From: Lophium mytilinum
Lineage: Eukaryota
Length of the DNA: 64,000 bases
Direction: 5' to 3'
Assembly (NCBI GenBank): GCA_010093605.1
Contig: MU004195.1
Span: 1,441,566 to 1,505,565 of the forward strand
Made by a program: the position numbers and the translations under genes. A model generated the notes under the pieces. It had not been told where the DNA came from and made no database searches. It was given only the letters and a program-made list of their open reading frames with translations. The stretch's first letter is position 1. The number at the start of each line of letters is the position of its first letter. Positions 50,189 through 62,565 of this stretch are shown here, piece by piece.

Positions 50189-52306
50189 CTACTTCCCCAC
50201 ACAGAACCTGCACTCGCGAAACACAGATTAGCAAAAGCTCATTGCGCAACCCTTCTCGAACGTTGAGACCTGAAACACCGGGGGCCGGGAGGGCCCGGAT
50301 GGTGCCACAGACCGGTCAAGAAAAAGCCGTTTGACTTAGGCAGCACATGTGATGCGGAGAGAGGGCGCTATGACTCACTTTTCGAATACGACCCCCAAGA
50401 CCTCCTCGACGTCTCCCGCTTCGCCTCGGCCCGTGATCCGCGCCATGCTGTCTGCCGCCGCGCGGAGGGACTCAGCTGCGATGACGATGTCGATGTCCAT
50501 TTCGGCGTTCTCTTCTGCTGTTTCTGGCGCGAGTTTGCCTTCCCAGAGCGGGTCCTGGGCTAGTGGTCGTGGTTCATGGTGAGAGATGTCGGCTGCGCCG
50601 ACGGCAGTGAGGAAGGCTTCGAGGTGGTCCAGACATTCGGAGAGCAGGACTCGCTGGCGTTCTGTGGCGCCGAGAGACTCTTGCCAGATTGATGCGTCGG
50701 GTATGTCGTCGGTGGATTCAGAGTCTGGGATCAGGGCAGAGGTCATGGATTTGAAGGTTGAGATGAGTCCTTGGAGGAAAGATTGGACGTTTCCTGGGTC
50801 GGAATCAGAGGAATTGGCGTCAGATGTAATAGCGTTTCTGCATGAAATGAAAAAGACGCGGTCGGATGGTACGTCGAGGGCAGATTGAATCGTTTCTTTC
50901 CATCGTGCTTCAGATGCTGTGGCGTTCGAGAGTTTGTCTACCTTGTTGATAGCAACGACGACATTGATGCCGAGATCCACACATTCCCTGGCTGTCGCTT
51001 TGACCTCGGGGTCGATATCCTTTGAAGCATCCTGAACCACGATCAAAACATCCGACTCAAGCGCGCGCTGCTTAGCCCTCTTAATCCCCTCTTCCTCGAC
51101 AGCACCCACCAGCCCCTCTCCACCCCCTAACCCATCCCCACCCGCTAACCCAGCCCTCCTCAACCCCGCCATATCCCCTAGCCGCACCAACCACCCCCCA
51201 AGATCCACCCCCACCTCCACCACATCCCTCGTCGTCCCAGCCTCCGCCGCCACAATCGCCGCCTCCCGCCCCACAATCCGATTCAGCAAACTGCTCTTCC
51301 CCGCATTCGGCGCCCCCAGCAACGCCACCCCAATCCCGCTCCGCAACAGTTCGCCCCTGACCGCATTCGCGCGATGCGCCTCAATCTGCCGCTTCAACCG
51401 CCGTATCTGCCCCGCGACGGACGCGCATAACTCAACCGGCGACTCGTCGAAGTGCTGGTCCTCGGAGAAGTCGATCAGCGCCTCCAGCTCCCCGCGCGCG
51501 AGCAGGAGCAGCCGGCGCCAGCTCTCGTAGCGCGCGGCGAGCGAGGAGGTGGTGCCGCGCACGGAGAGCTGGCGCTGTTGCTCGGTGGTGGCGGAGAGGG
51601 TGTCGCCGAGGGCTTCGATTTGGGGGAGGGTTAGGCGGTTGTTGGTGAAGGCGCGGCGGGTGAATTCGCCGGGTTCGGCGTAGCGGATGCGGGGTGGAGG
51701 ATGGAGGGTTGCTGAGGGGGGGAGGCATTGCGGGATGGCGGCGAGGACGGCGCGGATGATGGCGGGGCCGCCGTGGATGTGGAGTTCAAGGATGTCTTCG
51801 CCTGTGACGGTGTGCGGGGAGGGGAAGTGGAGGATTAGGGCGCCGGAGTCGAGGACGGTGGAGGGGGAGGGGGGGAGGTGGGGGGTGTAGAGGCGGCGGA
51901 GGGTTGCGTGGCGGGGTTTTGGGAGGGGTTTGAGGGGGCAGAGGGATTGGTATATCTAGGAGGAGGGAGTTGGGTTAGAATGAGGCTATGATTGATGATG
52001 ATGATTGATGGAGGGTGAAATTACCTGAAGGCATGCCGGACCTGATATGCGTATTACGGCTATGGCGGCTTTGCCCGGAGCGGTGGATAGGGCGTATATG
52101 GTAGAGTCTTCATGATGAATGACACTTGAATTGCCAGTATGATAATTGCGATGAGATTTTGGGCTCAAGGGCCTTCGTGAGAAAGGTGTAACATGATTGC
52201 GACAAGCGCTGTAGTTTCTCCCAACTAGCAATTGGACGACAGGTAAAGGACGACTCGGACAGTTGATTCGCGGTAGGTGCTTGTAAAGACACTGCAGAGC
52301 TCTCAT
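50189..52306 (-). CDS. MSS1: Mitochondrial tRNA modification GTPase Mss1/MnmE (GTPBP3); exons 52306-52025, 51955-50379, 50207-50189
   Basis: TIYALSTAPGKAAIAVIRISGP, TGEDILELHIHGG, ALIDFSEDQ, GAPNAGKSSLLN, GTTRD, NKVD, terminal VFEK|FCVGK*. Confidence 0.95.
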
Positions 52307-52970
52307 ACCGAGAGAATGGTGTTATTGGAGCATGATGGTGATGAGGCTCCGAGACCCTTCTCCGCACGGAGCACGCCTGAACTTCACTGCTCCACGCTCA
52401 TTGGACAAAATCAACGTTGCTCAATCCCAATTTATCAATACACCTGAAGCCATTGGCAACTACTTAACAGATTTCTTTATAAGCTCGCAACTGATACATT
52501 CGAGTTTGGCCACGCCTTTGTCTCAAACCAGGTTTTCTAGGGCAGGTATCACGTGCAAACAGCGGCACATGCGTCCGGCATAGGCGAATTTTCCCACTTT
52601 TAGTCGCATTACTGGAGTGGGGCGCAACGCTGAACACATTGGCGTTATTTTCCTGCACGTTCGCTAACTGATTTGGCGATTATCAATCCGTATTCGCTGC
52701 CGTGAAGGAATCGTAGAGTGGTGGCGGTGGGTACTGCTCGGATTTGAACACCCCACTTTCACCCCTCCTTTCAACGTCATAAACAGTGTCATGATAGCTT
52801 CCGACCTCGCTTTTAAATTATAACACCGGTGTCAGATTTATCATCTAAGCTCGCAATAACTCTAATAACTCCGCTCTGAAATATACGTACCAAGCCACGT
52901 CCTCTCAACGTCTTCGACACCCTGCTGCTCCTCCCTCCACTTCCACCGAACACTTTCCAATTCAACCACA

Positions 52971-54218
52971 ATGGCACCAAAAGAAATACGATGGGGTATC
53001 CTCGCAACAGGCGGGATTGCCCAGACCTTCACAAAAGACCTTACAGTCGACCCAACTACTCGTGGCGTCACTAAAGTCAAGCATGTCGTAGTCGCGGCAG
53101 CGAGCTCCTCCTCGAAGAAGCGCGCAGAGGACTTCCTGAAAGAGTGCAATTGGCCCAACGCAAAGGCATACGGCTCCTACGAAGACTTTGTCAAAGACCC
53201 GAACATCGATGTCATCTACATCGCAACACCTCACTCCCACCACTACCAGAACGCAATGCTGTGCTTAGAAGCGGGGAAGAACGTGCTCTGCGAGAAAGCG
53301 TTTACCGTCAATGCGGCACAAGCAAAGAAGCTCGTTGAGAAGGCGCGTGAGAAGAACCTTTGTGAGTAGAAGCTTAGTTTCGCACACCTACAGTCATCTA
53401 ACTCCCTCATAGTCCTCATGGAAGCCGTCTGGACCCGCTGGTTTCCCCTCTCCATCTACGTCCGAGAGCAAATCACCTCCGGTCGTATTGGCACCGTCTA
53501 CCGCGTCCAAGCCGATCTAAGCATGGCCGATGATCCTGATAAAACATACGCAGATGGGAAGAACCGGATGGTCAACATGGATCTTGCGGGAGGTGCACAA
53601 CTGGATCTGGGAATATACGCCTTGACGTGGTGCTTCCAAACACTATATCATACCCAGCCGGCCAGCGAACGCAAGCCTCCCAAGGTGCAAGCGGCCATGA
53701 AGCACTTCTCGGTCACCGGATCAGATGAGTCAACGACCGTCTTGCTTACTTTCCCGCGTTCTGAGAAGCTTGGCGGTGATGCGCATGCTGTCGCTATGAG
53801 CTCTATCCGTGTCGCGACCGATCCGGCGAAGAAGAATGTGGCGGGCCCTGCTATCCGGATTCAGGGTGATAAGGGAGAGATTCAGGTATTCCCGCCAGCA
53901 TTCAGGCCTCTCGATACCCGCGTCATTCTTTCCGATGGCACGGTCGAGGATAAGCATTGGGCGCAGCCGGGTCCTGGGAAGGGCAGCGGCTTCTACAACG
54001 GCTTTGGAGAGACAATCCAGCCGGAAGGTGAGGGCCAAGGCATGTTCTGGGAGGCGGATGAAGCTGCAGTAGCGATTCTTGAAGGGAGGAAAGAGGGGAG
54101 CTTCTTAGGTCTAGAGGAAAGTATAGTGATCATGGAGACTATGGATGAGATACGGAAGCAGGGAGGTCTGAAGTATCCTGATAAGATTGAGACACTCAAT
54201 TACCCTGTTGCCCTATAG
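52971..54218 (+). CDS. Gfo/Idh/MocA oxidoreductase (D-xylose 1-dehydrogenase/dihydrodiol dehydrogenase-like); exons 52971-53361, 53413-54218
   Basis: IRWGILATGGIA, YIATPHSHH, VLCEKAF, F|LMEAVWTR, AGGA.LDLGIY. Confidence 0.9.
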
Positions 54219-55383
54219 AAAGAAGTCGAATAGGAGAAAAGCTTTATAGCTAATTTAAAGCGTGCAGTTTGTTAGATCATATTGTGGTTTGTAGATATTT
54301 GTGTCGGGTACTCTAGAGGCATGGACTGTCCCCAGAAACTTTCAACATCTAACATCAAATTACCTACTCCTGAGCACTTGAAATACAGGATCTGGACATT
54401 TTAAAGTTAGTCAAGACCGCGGCTCCTGGTGTACTCAAATGGATACACACATCCCCACTTGATGTGTGGGTAAAGGGTCGTGGATCAACACTGATGTTCA
54501 GAAAGGTAATAAAAGCTCTGAAAGGGCATTCTCGATCTGAGGTAGTGACATTATAGCCAAGAAAGCACCCTTTCATATGGTACTCGGTCAAAAGGGGTAG
54601 TGACATAATTTCGCCGCTGGTTGAAGTACTCGATATCCCATTGAGTATCAAACACAATCTAAACTTCGTAACAACCTGAATGTAGCTGATGCCCCATAGC
54701 TATCTTACCACTGTCAGGAGTCCTTCAATACTTTAACAGAGTCTCAAAGTCGACGTAGAAATCCTCACGCCGTAGTTCAAGCTGTCATCAGGAAGCTTTG
54801 ACATTAGTATGCCACTGTATGGAGTCCTCCAGCATGCTAGATTAGAAATCAAAGGAAGGAAATGGCTTCGTATGGCTAAATTTGGCCAGACCTTAGATAT
54901 ACTTGATCGGTTTTGACCTGCTTCACTGCGCTACCTCAGGAGTCACCTCATCCGACCCAAAAAGCCAATGCTCAGAGTGGATCTTCTGATAAGAAGCCCA
55001 AGCTTCGGAGATGGTTCCGTGATTCTGACAGCTTAAAACAGAGCATCGTGAATATGTTGAGTGCTTGGCACATGGTCTCAACACATAAATCCATGTTCGT
55101 GCAGAAACTCGGGTGCCTCGGCATGTGATTATGAGGTTGTAAATGCAGAGTGAATGTGATTGGGGATAACGTAGCCGGTATCAGAACTACGGAACGCTGT
55201 AACTCTCAGCACCTGCAATAACGCGTGTGCCAGCAAGCCGCCCCCAGCAGGCACATGCTATCTAGCATAGCCCAACAACTTCAGACTAGGTAGGCACCAA
55301 GCGGCGTAAATACCGCCTCTGTCTGCCCTCGAGGGCCTTCTCAACACAATGAACCTACCAAAATCCTCAGCTGTCCCTCCAAT

Positions 55384-57099
55384 ATGATTGGAACATCAAC
55401 CCCCGAGTATATCTTCATCCGCGCTAGCATTGCCGGGCTGCGCGCCATCACCCCCCTCAGCGTCCTATACTGTGGCTTCTGCGTCGTACGCCCGCCTCAA
55501 TCCATAGTTGGAAAAGTCTTAGTCGCCTGGGCGGCTATAGAGACGGCCTTCTACTTCCTCGTCTACCTACCGCGGAAACACATCCTGCAGAAAGCAGCCG
55601 ACCATCCTGAGCCTCTGGACCCTGAGCACCGTAAAGTGCTATTTCAGAGATGCTTCTCTACGATACCTGATGCGGAGCTGTACCTATCGAAATGGTTCCT
55701 CGGTAGCCCGATGGAGGATATCAAGCGCGAGAACATCAAAGACTTTTTCCGCTGGGCATTTCTGAACACTGCGGACTACAACCCAGCCGATGAGGAGGAG
55801 CTTGAGACATACATAAATGGTGTGGAGGAGCTTCTGGGACGCAAGATCGAGCCAGGCCGAGGATCAGCGAAATGCTTGCGGTTGACGATTGACGAGGTGG
55901 GCATGATGCACCGGAGTTTCTTCTGGTACTGTGTAAGTCACGACGAACATATTCCTTCCGCAAAATCGATACTGATATAGATACAGATCGTTGGTCTTGT
56001 GGATACAGCTACCGCAGTCCATTTCAAATACCGCGGCTTCAACCTCTACCGCACGCCTCTCCGCCGCTTCTTCGACGTCTTCCCCCTCCGCCCCCTCACG
56101 CTCTTCAGCACCCATCACTCCCCCGCTGAGCACACGTCATACTGGTACCGCCCGCATACCTCCAAGACCAAGCTCCCGGTTCTTTTTGTACACGGAATAG
56201 GCATCGGACTATTCCCCTATGTGCAATTCTTCGGCGAAATCAACCAGTCAGAGGATTATAAGGCGTCAGATGGAGATGTTGGAATAATAGCGGTTGAGAT
56301 CATGCCCATATGCATGCGGATCACACCCGCAGCCATCGCGAAAGAGGACATGTGCAGGGAGATCAACAGCATTCTCGAGAAGCACGGCTGGGACAAGTTC
56401 GTGCTAATATCGCACTCGTACGTCTCTTTGCCTTCCTATACCAAACTTAACTTGTGATATTGACACTTTACGCAGCTACGGCACCGTAATTTCGACACAT
56501 CTCCTCCAAAACCCAACAGTGGCGCCCAAAATCGGCCCAATCCTTCTCGTTGACCCCGTCACCTTCCTCCTCCATTTGCCAGACGTGGCATACAACTTCG
56601 TAAGCCTACCTAGCCATTTCTTTCTTTCGTCAATTGTACTAATTGGTGACACATCCAGACTGCTCGTAAGCCCCGCACCGCAAACGAGCACCAACTCTAC
56701 TACCTCGCCTCCCAGGACATGGGAGTTTCGCATACCCTCTCGCGCCACTTCTTCTGGAACGAGAATATTCTCTGGCTAGAGGACATCGAGAAGCACGATG
56801 TCACCGTCTCTCTCAGCGGGCGAGACCTGATCGTGAATAGCGATGCTGTAGGCAGGTACCTTGTTGGTGCGGCTCCTGAGAGTAGCGAGAGTGGCAGTGC
56901 CTGGAGTGATGATGATGGGGCCTGGAAGGAGGCGCCATGGGGCGGCGTAGGCTTAGATGTGCTGTGGTGGCAGGAGGCGGACCATGCGCAGGTGTTTGAT
57001 ATTGTGCGAGCAAGGAAGAAGCTGGTGGAGGTTGTCAAGAGGTACGTGAGGAGTGGTAAGGGGGCGAATGGGACTGTCTATGGGACTATTAAAGGTTGA
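55384..57099 (+). CDS. Alpha/beta-hydrolase fold protein with an N-terminal membrane anchor, 4 exons
   Basis: PVLFVHGIGIGL, SHS|YGT nucleophile elbow, LVDPV.FLLH.PDVAYNF, LSRHFFW.EN, GRDLIV, DHAQVF. Confidence 0.85.
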
Positions 57100-57393
57100 G
57101 TTTTGGGTTGGGTCTGGCGTTCGGCTGAATGAGACGTGATGAACATACCCATACAGTATAGAGCAGAGACGTCGTGCGGTGAGATCAAGTCACGAGCCTG
57201 GCTTTTTCGAGACCGCGCGCTTCAATGCAATTCCAGTTCCTATTCCAACTCGAATCCCATTCCGTCTTCGATCACTGTCTTTGCCTCTTCTCTCACCCTC
57301 ACCTCTCAGCTTTTACTCATCTCAACTCATCTCATCTCCTCCCTACCATACACTCTACGCCATACTCCGCTCTCCAACGACAACCTCCCAAAA

Positions 57394-58155
57394 ATGTGCA
57401 CTCCACGCCCACGTGTACCTCAACCTCACGAACCCCTCGAACTCACCGTCCTCCCCAACCCGCGTACAAACCCATCCCACCGCAAACGCCTCCAAAAGCG
57501 GTCCGCGGTCCCATTCGACCTCGTGTCGCCTCAGAAACACATGGATGGTGCAGACGATGGCGGTAGCGGAGGAGGAGAGCAGACAAGCCCAACGCCTGTT
57601 TCCAATCACAGGAGCCATGCACAAATAGGCGCCTCGAAGAGTACCGAGACTCGCCGCCCAAACCACACCTCCCACACCTCTCGCACCCATTTCCCACCAA
57701 CGAGTCCAGTAGCTCCTCTCCCACCACTCCTCTCGCACTTGCGGGAGTCTCAGGAGGAGATGCTAAGAGGCGGTGGGCTGGGCTCGAGGTGGAGCGACGA
57801 GTCTGAGATCTTCGTCGCCCCGGACCTTCCGAGGTTGGTGAGGAACCCGATGCTGCCGCCGAGTGTAGCGCATATGCCTTCTTTTCTGGGTCCGACGGTG
57901 TGGATGCGGAGGGAGATTGAGCGGGGACACGGTATGATGCCTAGGAGCCAGGGGTACGCGGGGTATAATGGCAGTGGCAAAACAAGAGACAGTAATGAAA
58001 GACGAAGGGAGAATACTAGGCCTCACCCTCAGGTGGAAGAGCTGGAAGAGGGTATGGTCCGCGTCCCTATCACGCCGCGGAAAATAAGGGGGGAGGGGAG
58101 GCTTGGGACGATTCGGGAAGCGAGTCGGGGACAGAGGGGGTGGGGGGATGGATAG
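57394..58155 (+). CDS. Hypothetical low-complexity protein
   Basis: Open frame with an AAAATG start and the same C-rich to G-rich composition trend as neighbouring genes; no domain recognised. Confidence 0.4.
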   Translation: MCTPRPRVPQPHEPLELTVLPNPRTNPSHRKRLQKRSAVPFDLVSPQKHMDGADDGGSGGGEQTSPTPVSNHRSHAQIGASKSTETRRPNHTSHTSRTHFPPTSPVAPLPPLLSHLRESQEEMLRGGGLGSRWSDESEIFVAPDLPRLVRNPMLPPSVAHMPSFLGPTVWMRREIERGHGMMPRSQGYAGYNGSGKTRDSNERRRENTRPHPQVEELEEGMVRVPITPRKIRGEGRLGTIREASRGQRGWGDG

Positions 58156-58176
58156 TGGATATGGGATGCTTCAAAT

Positions 58177-59075
58177 CAGACTACCTTTGGACCAAACGGT
58201 CACCTGCTAGCTGGGGTACTCTTGACAGTGGTATCAAGCAAGCAAAACTGGAGCTGGAAATGGAAGAGTTGAAGGCAGGATTCTTCAATGGTCTGGCGTT
58301 TCACATCTAGGCCGTACCAGACTACCTTTGTACCAAACGGTCACAAACTAGCTGGGGTACCTCTAACGGTGGTATCAATCAAGAAAAACTTAAGTTGAGA
58401 CGGTACTTTATGGGAGAGGTGAATGAAAGATTATTCAATGGTCTGGAGCTTTCAATCTGGGCTTTTCCAGACTAGATTTTGACCAAAAGGTCACATGCTA
58501 GCTGGGCGACCTCTGACGGTGGTGGCAATCAAGAAAAGCTGAAGCTGGAACAGTGCAATATCTACATGTCTGTGCGTATGGTATGAAATCTGTGTAGTAT
58601 GGAAGAGGTAATTACATGACTCCTCAAATCAGACTCCCTTTTGACCAAACCGACACGTTCTGGCTGGGCCACCTCTGACAGTGGTGTCAAGCAAGCAAAA
58701 CTGAAGTTGGAACGGTGCAATATTCTTTTGTCTGCGCATTTGGGAGAGAAACTCTGTAGTATGGGGTAGGTGAATGCAGGACTCTTTATACCAGACTACC
58801 TTCTGACCAAACAGACATGTGCTAGCTGGACCACCCTTGATAGTGGTATCAAGCAAGCAGAGTATAAGTTGGCGCAGTGTAATGTTCATGTGTCTGCGCA
58901 TATGCTAAGGAATCTGTGTAGTATGTGAGAGGTGAATTCAGGACTATTAAAACCAGGCTACCTTTTGACCGCATGGTCACATGCTAGCTGGGCCACCTTT
59001 GACAGTGGTATTAAGTAAGCAGAACTGAAGATGAAACAGCGTAAGATTGCGTGTCCGTGCATATGGCCTAGTTTG
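58177..59075. repeat. Degenerate tandem array, 6 units (starts 58177, 58318, 58468, 58630, 58792, 58954)
   Basis: ~83-bp core CAGACTACCTTTTGACCAAACGGTCACATGCTAGCTGGG..ACCTCTGACAGTGGTATCAAGCAAGCAAAACTGAAGTTGGAA recurring at 141, 150, 162, 162, 162 bp. Confidence 0.9.
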
Positions 59076-59265
59076 TATCCTGGTATAGAAGTGGAAGACT
59101 CCGGGACTCGAATATACTACGATTCGCAGGGTCTTCAAGAAGAGTGGGATTTGCATTGCTATTGTACACATTACCATAAGTAGAGTCATTTCCTCCGCCC
59201 CTTCGTCCAACAAATCATCTACACAAAGACACTTACTGTCCCATGCATGTGTGCAATATCGTCCT

Positions 59266-60762
59266 CTACTCTTCCGCCGGGTACTCTGCCATCGCCCGCT
59301 TCACTTCAAGCATCTTGATGTCTTGCCGATACATTTCCACGGTAGCATCCCAGCTTTCCGAAGTAGCCGCCCATTTTTCCGCGCTAGCCGCCGCCTCTTT
59401 CCGCTTGATCGCTGCGAGTCGAGCTTCATATCGAAGTTGGCTTAGTCTTGGACGCTGCGGCACTGCCGTCGGCCGCTCCCGCTGGGCCTGATCTCTAGTC
59501 TGGTTCACAGGTGGATCATCTGTGGGGTCATGAATCGTGGTAGACTGGACAGTGTTTGTAAGGTCATCGATTGGATCGGAGCCACTCTGAAGCCGCGTCG
59601 TGGAGCTCCGAGTCGGCATGGGAGCCCTCCTAACCTGTGGGTTCACTCTGGCAGTGGCGGTAGTGGTCCTGGTTTGCTTAGTGTGCCTCGAGGCGCTTGC
59701 ACTGAGCTGTGAAACTGCCTTGCGTTTTCCCTTTCTCTGTGGGACTGTTGTCTGAGCCTGGGGCGCTTCGTTCTCGTCTACCAGCGCGGAATTGTGAGGA
59801 GGATCAGCTTCGTTATTGAACGGCGCCGGAGACAGGTCGGAAAGCGGTTCGGTGGTAGCATGAGGAATCCGACGCTCAGAGGGTCCAGGGTATCCGCAAT
59901 GCTCGAGGTCGTCTGAGGGTTTGTTGTCATAAGTGAAGATGAATTCGAGTGTGCGGCCGTATTTGCTTTCAACGGGCCTGAACTGCGTGTTCTCCGTCAA
60001 GTCGTCGGTCCTGATGACTGGATTTACCATCTCCATGCTGCTGGCTGTTAGACTGTCATAGAGTGAGAGGTATGAGGTGGTTCTTACTGTGTGTAGCATG
60101 GAGTGTGGTGGTGAAGATCTTGTACGATTGATTGAATCGGCGCATCTAGATCTCTCCCGTTTTTCATGGTACCGTACAAGCGCCTCGGAACGACATGGTT
60201 ATCTAGCCACCCGTGCTGCAGGGTCACTGTAATCTTTCCCATGTAGCGCTTCACAAAATCTTCTAAGCGGCTCTCAGGAGCTTCCGCCCCCTCATCTACA
60301 TCTTTGTTAGCTTGTCGCCTGCTGTTCCGCGACGGTTGATCTATACATACCAATCATGAACTCCCGGAAGAAGAACGCGGACTCGGCAAGGTCTCCATTT
60401 GGTCTCTCGACAACGGCGTTCGAGATGACTATGCTGCGTGGCGCTGCGGTACGGATGTCGGCCTGACTCAAGATGAAGCGCTCTTCTAGCAGTGTCCAAT
60501 TCCGTATCTTTCTCTGGTCCGTTTTGTTCCCATCGATGAGAATAGACAACAGGATGCCGGCGGATTTGCTCCTATTTCTCGGTACAGTGACCTTGATGCC
60601 GTACCTTTGCGGTGGTTCTACCTTGATGCTGCAGCTGACAGACTCCTCCCGGTGTATGAGCTTGACATTGGAGCCAAACTTGGTCGTGACGTTGGCCTCC
60701 TCGTACGCCTTGCCTGTTCCTACATTGAAGATCTCGACCTGGTAACCGCTCGTATTGATCAT
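59266..60762 (-). CDS. Hypothetical fungal protein, 3 exons (beta-rich N-terminal domain, disordered linker, coiled-coil C-terminus)
   Basis: Three ORFs joined by GTATGT...GCTAAC...TAG and GTAAGA...CTAAC...CAG introns; motifs YEE, ILIDG, FFF, GKITVTL, EFIFTY. Confidence 0.6.
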
Positions 60763-61272
60763 CGTGCTTGAGTAGGTAGGAGATGTCGGCTGCTTAACTG
60801 CGGTGTAACTGCGTTGGTGAGTGGCAAGGTGCGAGGAGAGCTGGACTGTGTAGAGCGTCCGTCGTGTGAGAGGCTCGCCGTAGTAAGTGAAAAACTGCTA
60901 CGCAGGCCTTTCCCTCCAACGCACCCGATGTAGGAAGATGACGCTTCTTATATCAGGGACATTTACTTAGGAAGGGAGTAGTCGGAAGATGAGGGGCGCT
61001 ACCCCGGAGTAGGTGTGAGATGGAGGGCGAGCTTGTGTGTTTGATGGAGGTGGAGGAAATATTTAGCTGGCTGAAGTAAAGGGCGGCGTATAGTATGGCC
61101 GCTCACTCCGCTACCCTAAGAACCTAATGGACCTCAACACTAATAGTTGGTGAACGAGAAGAAAGTGATACCGGAACAAACCACTCAACAGCATGTTGAA
61201 GCTCAAGGTCGCGGTTTGCAAGATAAAAAGCTCTTATCACAACACTATTACTCATTATGAACATCCATCGAC

Positions 61273-62565
61273 CTACACTATATTCTTCGGCTCTTCTTTC
61301 ACCCTCGTATGTAACGCGGCCAGAGCAATTTCATTATCGGGTGCTTTCGGCGTCGACTTCGACTTACTCAGGTGCTTCCCAATATACCCTCTCGGACCCC
61401 AAAGATGGAAAGGATCCAGTGCACCGGCCCAAACCGACCGCTTATTAGCCTGCTTCTCTGCCCTGAGTCTCTCAAGCTCTTCGTCTGACATATCCCAGAA
61501 CTGTGTTTCCCTATCCTTCCCTCTGATCAAGCCCCACACATCAAAGGGATCAAAAAAAGTGACGATCCAGGGTCGATCATCCGTCCAGCCCGGTCCACGG
61601 CGCTCGGTAACGCCGTCACGGTCCAAGAACCGACTATTGGAGGACGGAAGCCGCTTTCCGGGGTGCCAAATGTTCAAAAGGAGCGTGTTGGCAAACATGA
61701 TGGAGGCTTCGAAGACCCAGAAGTAAGCCTCATTCTGGTATACCGCACCCTTCCATCCTTCGACATACTCCACGATACGATAGATACACCGGATCGTGAC
61801 AATAGTTGCGCTTATGTAGAGGACATAGATTACGGTGCGGAGTTTTCTGGACAACACGTTGGCTTTTTGGGCGCGGTGTTGGAACAGAGCAGCCATCAGA
61901 CCAAACGCTCCGAAAAGACAGGCTTGGAGGATCAAAGATGCCTTGACGAGGTTTGCGCCTATTTGGCGTTGTTTATCAGTCATCGTCAAGTTTGCCATGC
62001 GCCAAGCACCTTGTCCGATGAGGATTTCGCAAACGGCGTCGAGGCCAACGAAGGTGGTTACGACTCGGCCGGGATGCATAGGTGAGAGATACGGTATGTA
62101 GTAGAGTATTCGCGATAGAATAAAGTAGTTGATGAGGGAATACACAGGCCTGTGGATTTTAAGTCAGTAATGGCATGTCATGGAGCTAGTTGCTACACTT
62201 ACGGTCCAGACATGATTAAGACAATGCTCGCAATCATGACACCAAGACTTTCTGTATTGTATGCACCGTATTCGCGAGTAATAAAGCCTGACATCATCAA
62301 GAGCGCTGCCCATGGCAGAAGAATAGTTGTTCTCCATGACTTATAGCGACTATGGAACACCGTTAATAAATCAGGCCTTGAGTAGTGCCGGAAACTCACA
62401 TAGTTTGCCAAACATGGATGACTCCAGAGATGAAAAAGAGGACTATGAACACAATCGGAGCGACTTTGTTGGGCGCATAGTACCAAGTGCTACCAGGCGC
62501 TATTGACAGTTAGTAAGAGTGCCTTGGGCCATGAAGAAGGTCCTACAATAGTCTCCTAATCCCAT
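61273..62565 (-). CDS. RTA1-like 7-TM protein, 4 exons
   Basis: WYYAPNKVAP, GFITREYGA, GP|PVYSLINYFILSR, HPGRV...F...D, IRCIYRIVEY, E.YFWVFEA..M, WHPG. Confidence 0.88.

Noticed and set aside
49771..50334. 187-aa + strand ORF as a main ORF downstream of the MGRGGYN copies
   Set aside because: No domain, UTR-like T/C-rich composition, and it overlaps the last exon and intron of MSS1 on the opposite strand.
58177..59075. CRISPR-like array interpretation
   Set aside because: Eukaryotic context with no cas genes; the core is ~83 bp and degenerate, and the linkers are homologous to one another rather than unique spacers.
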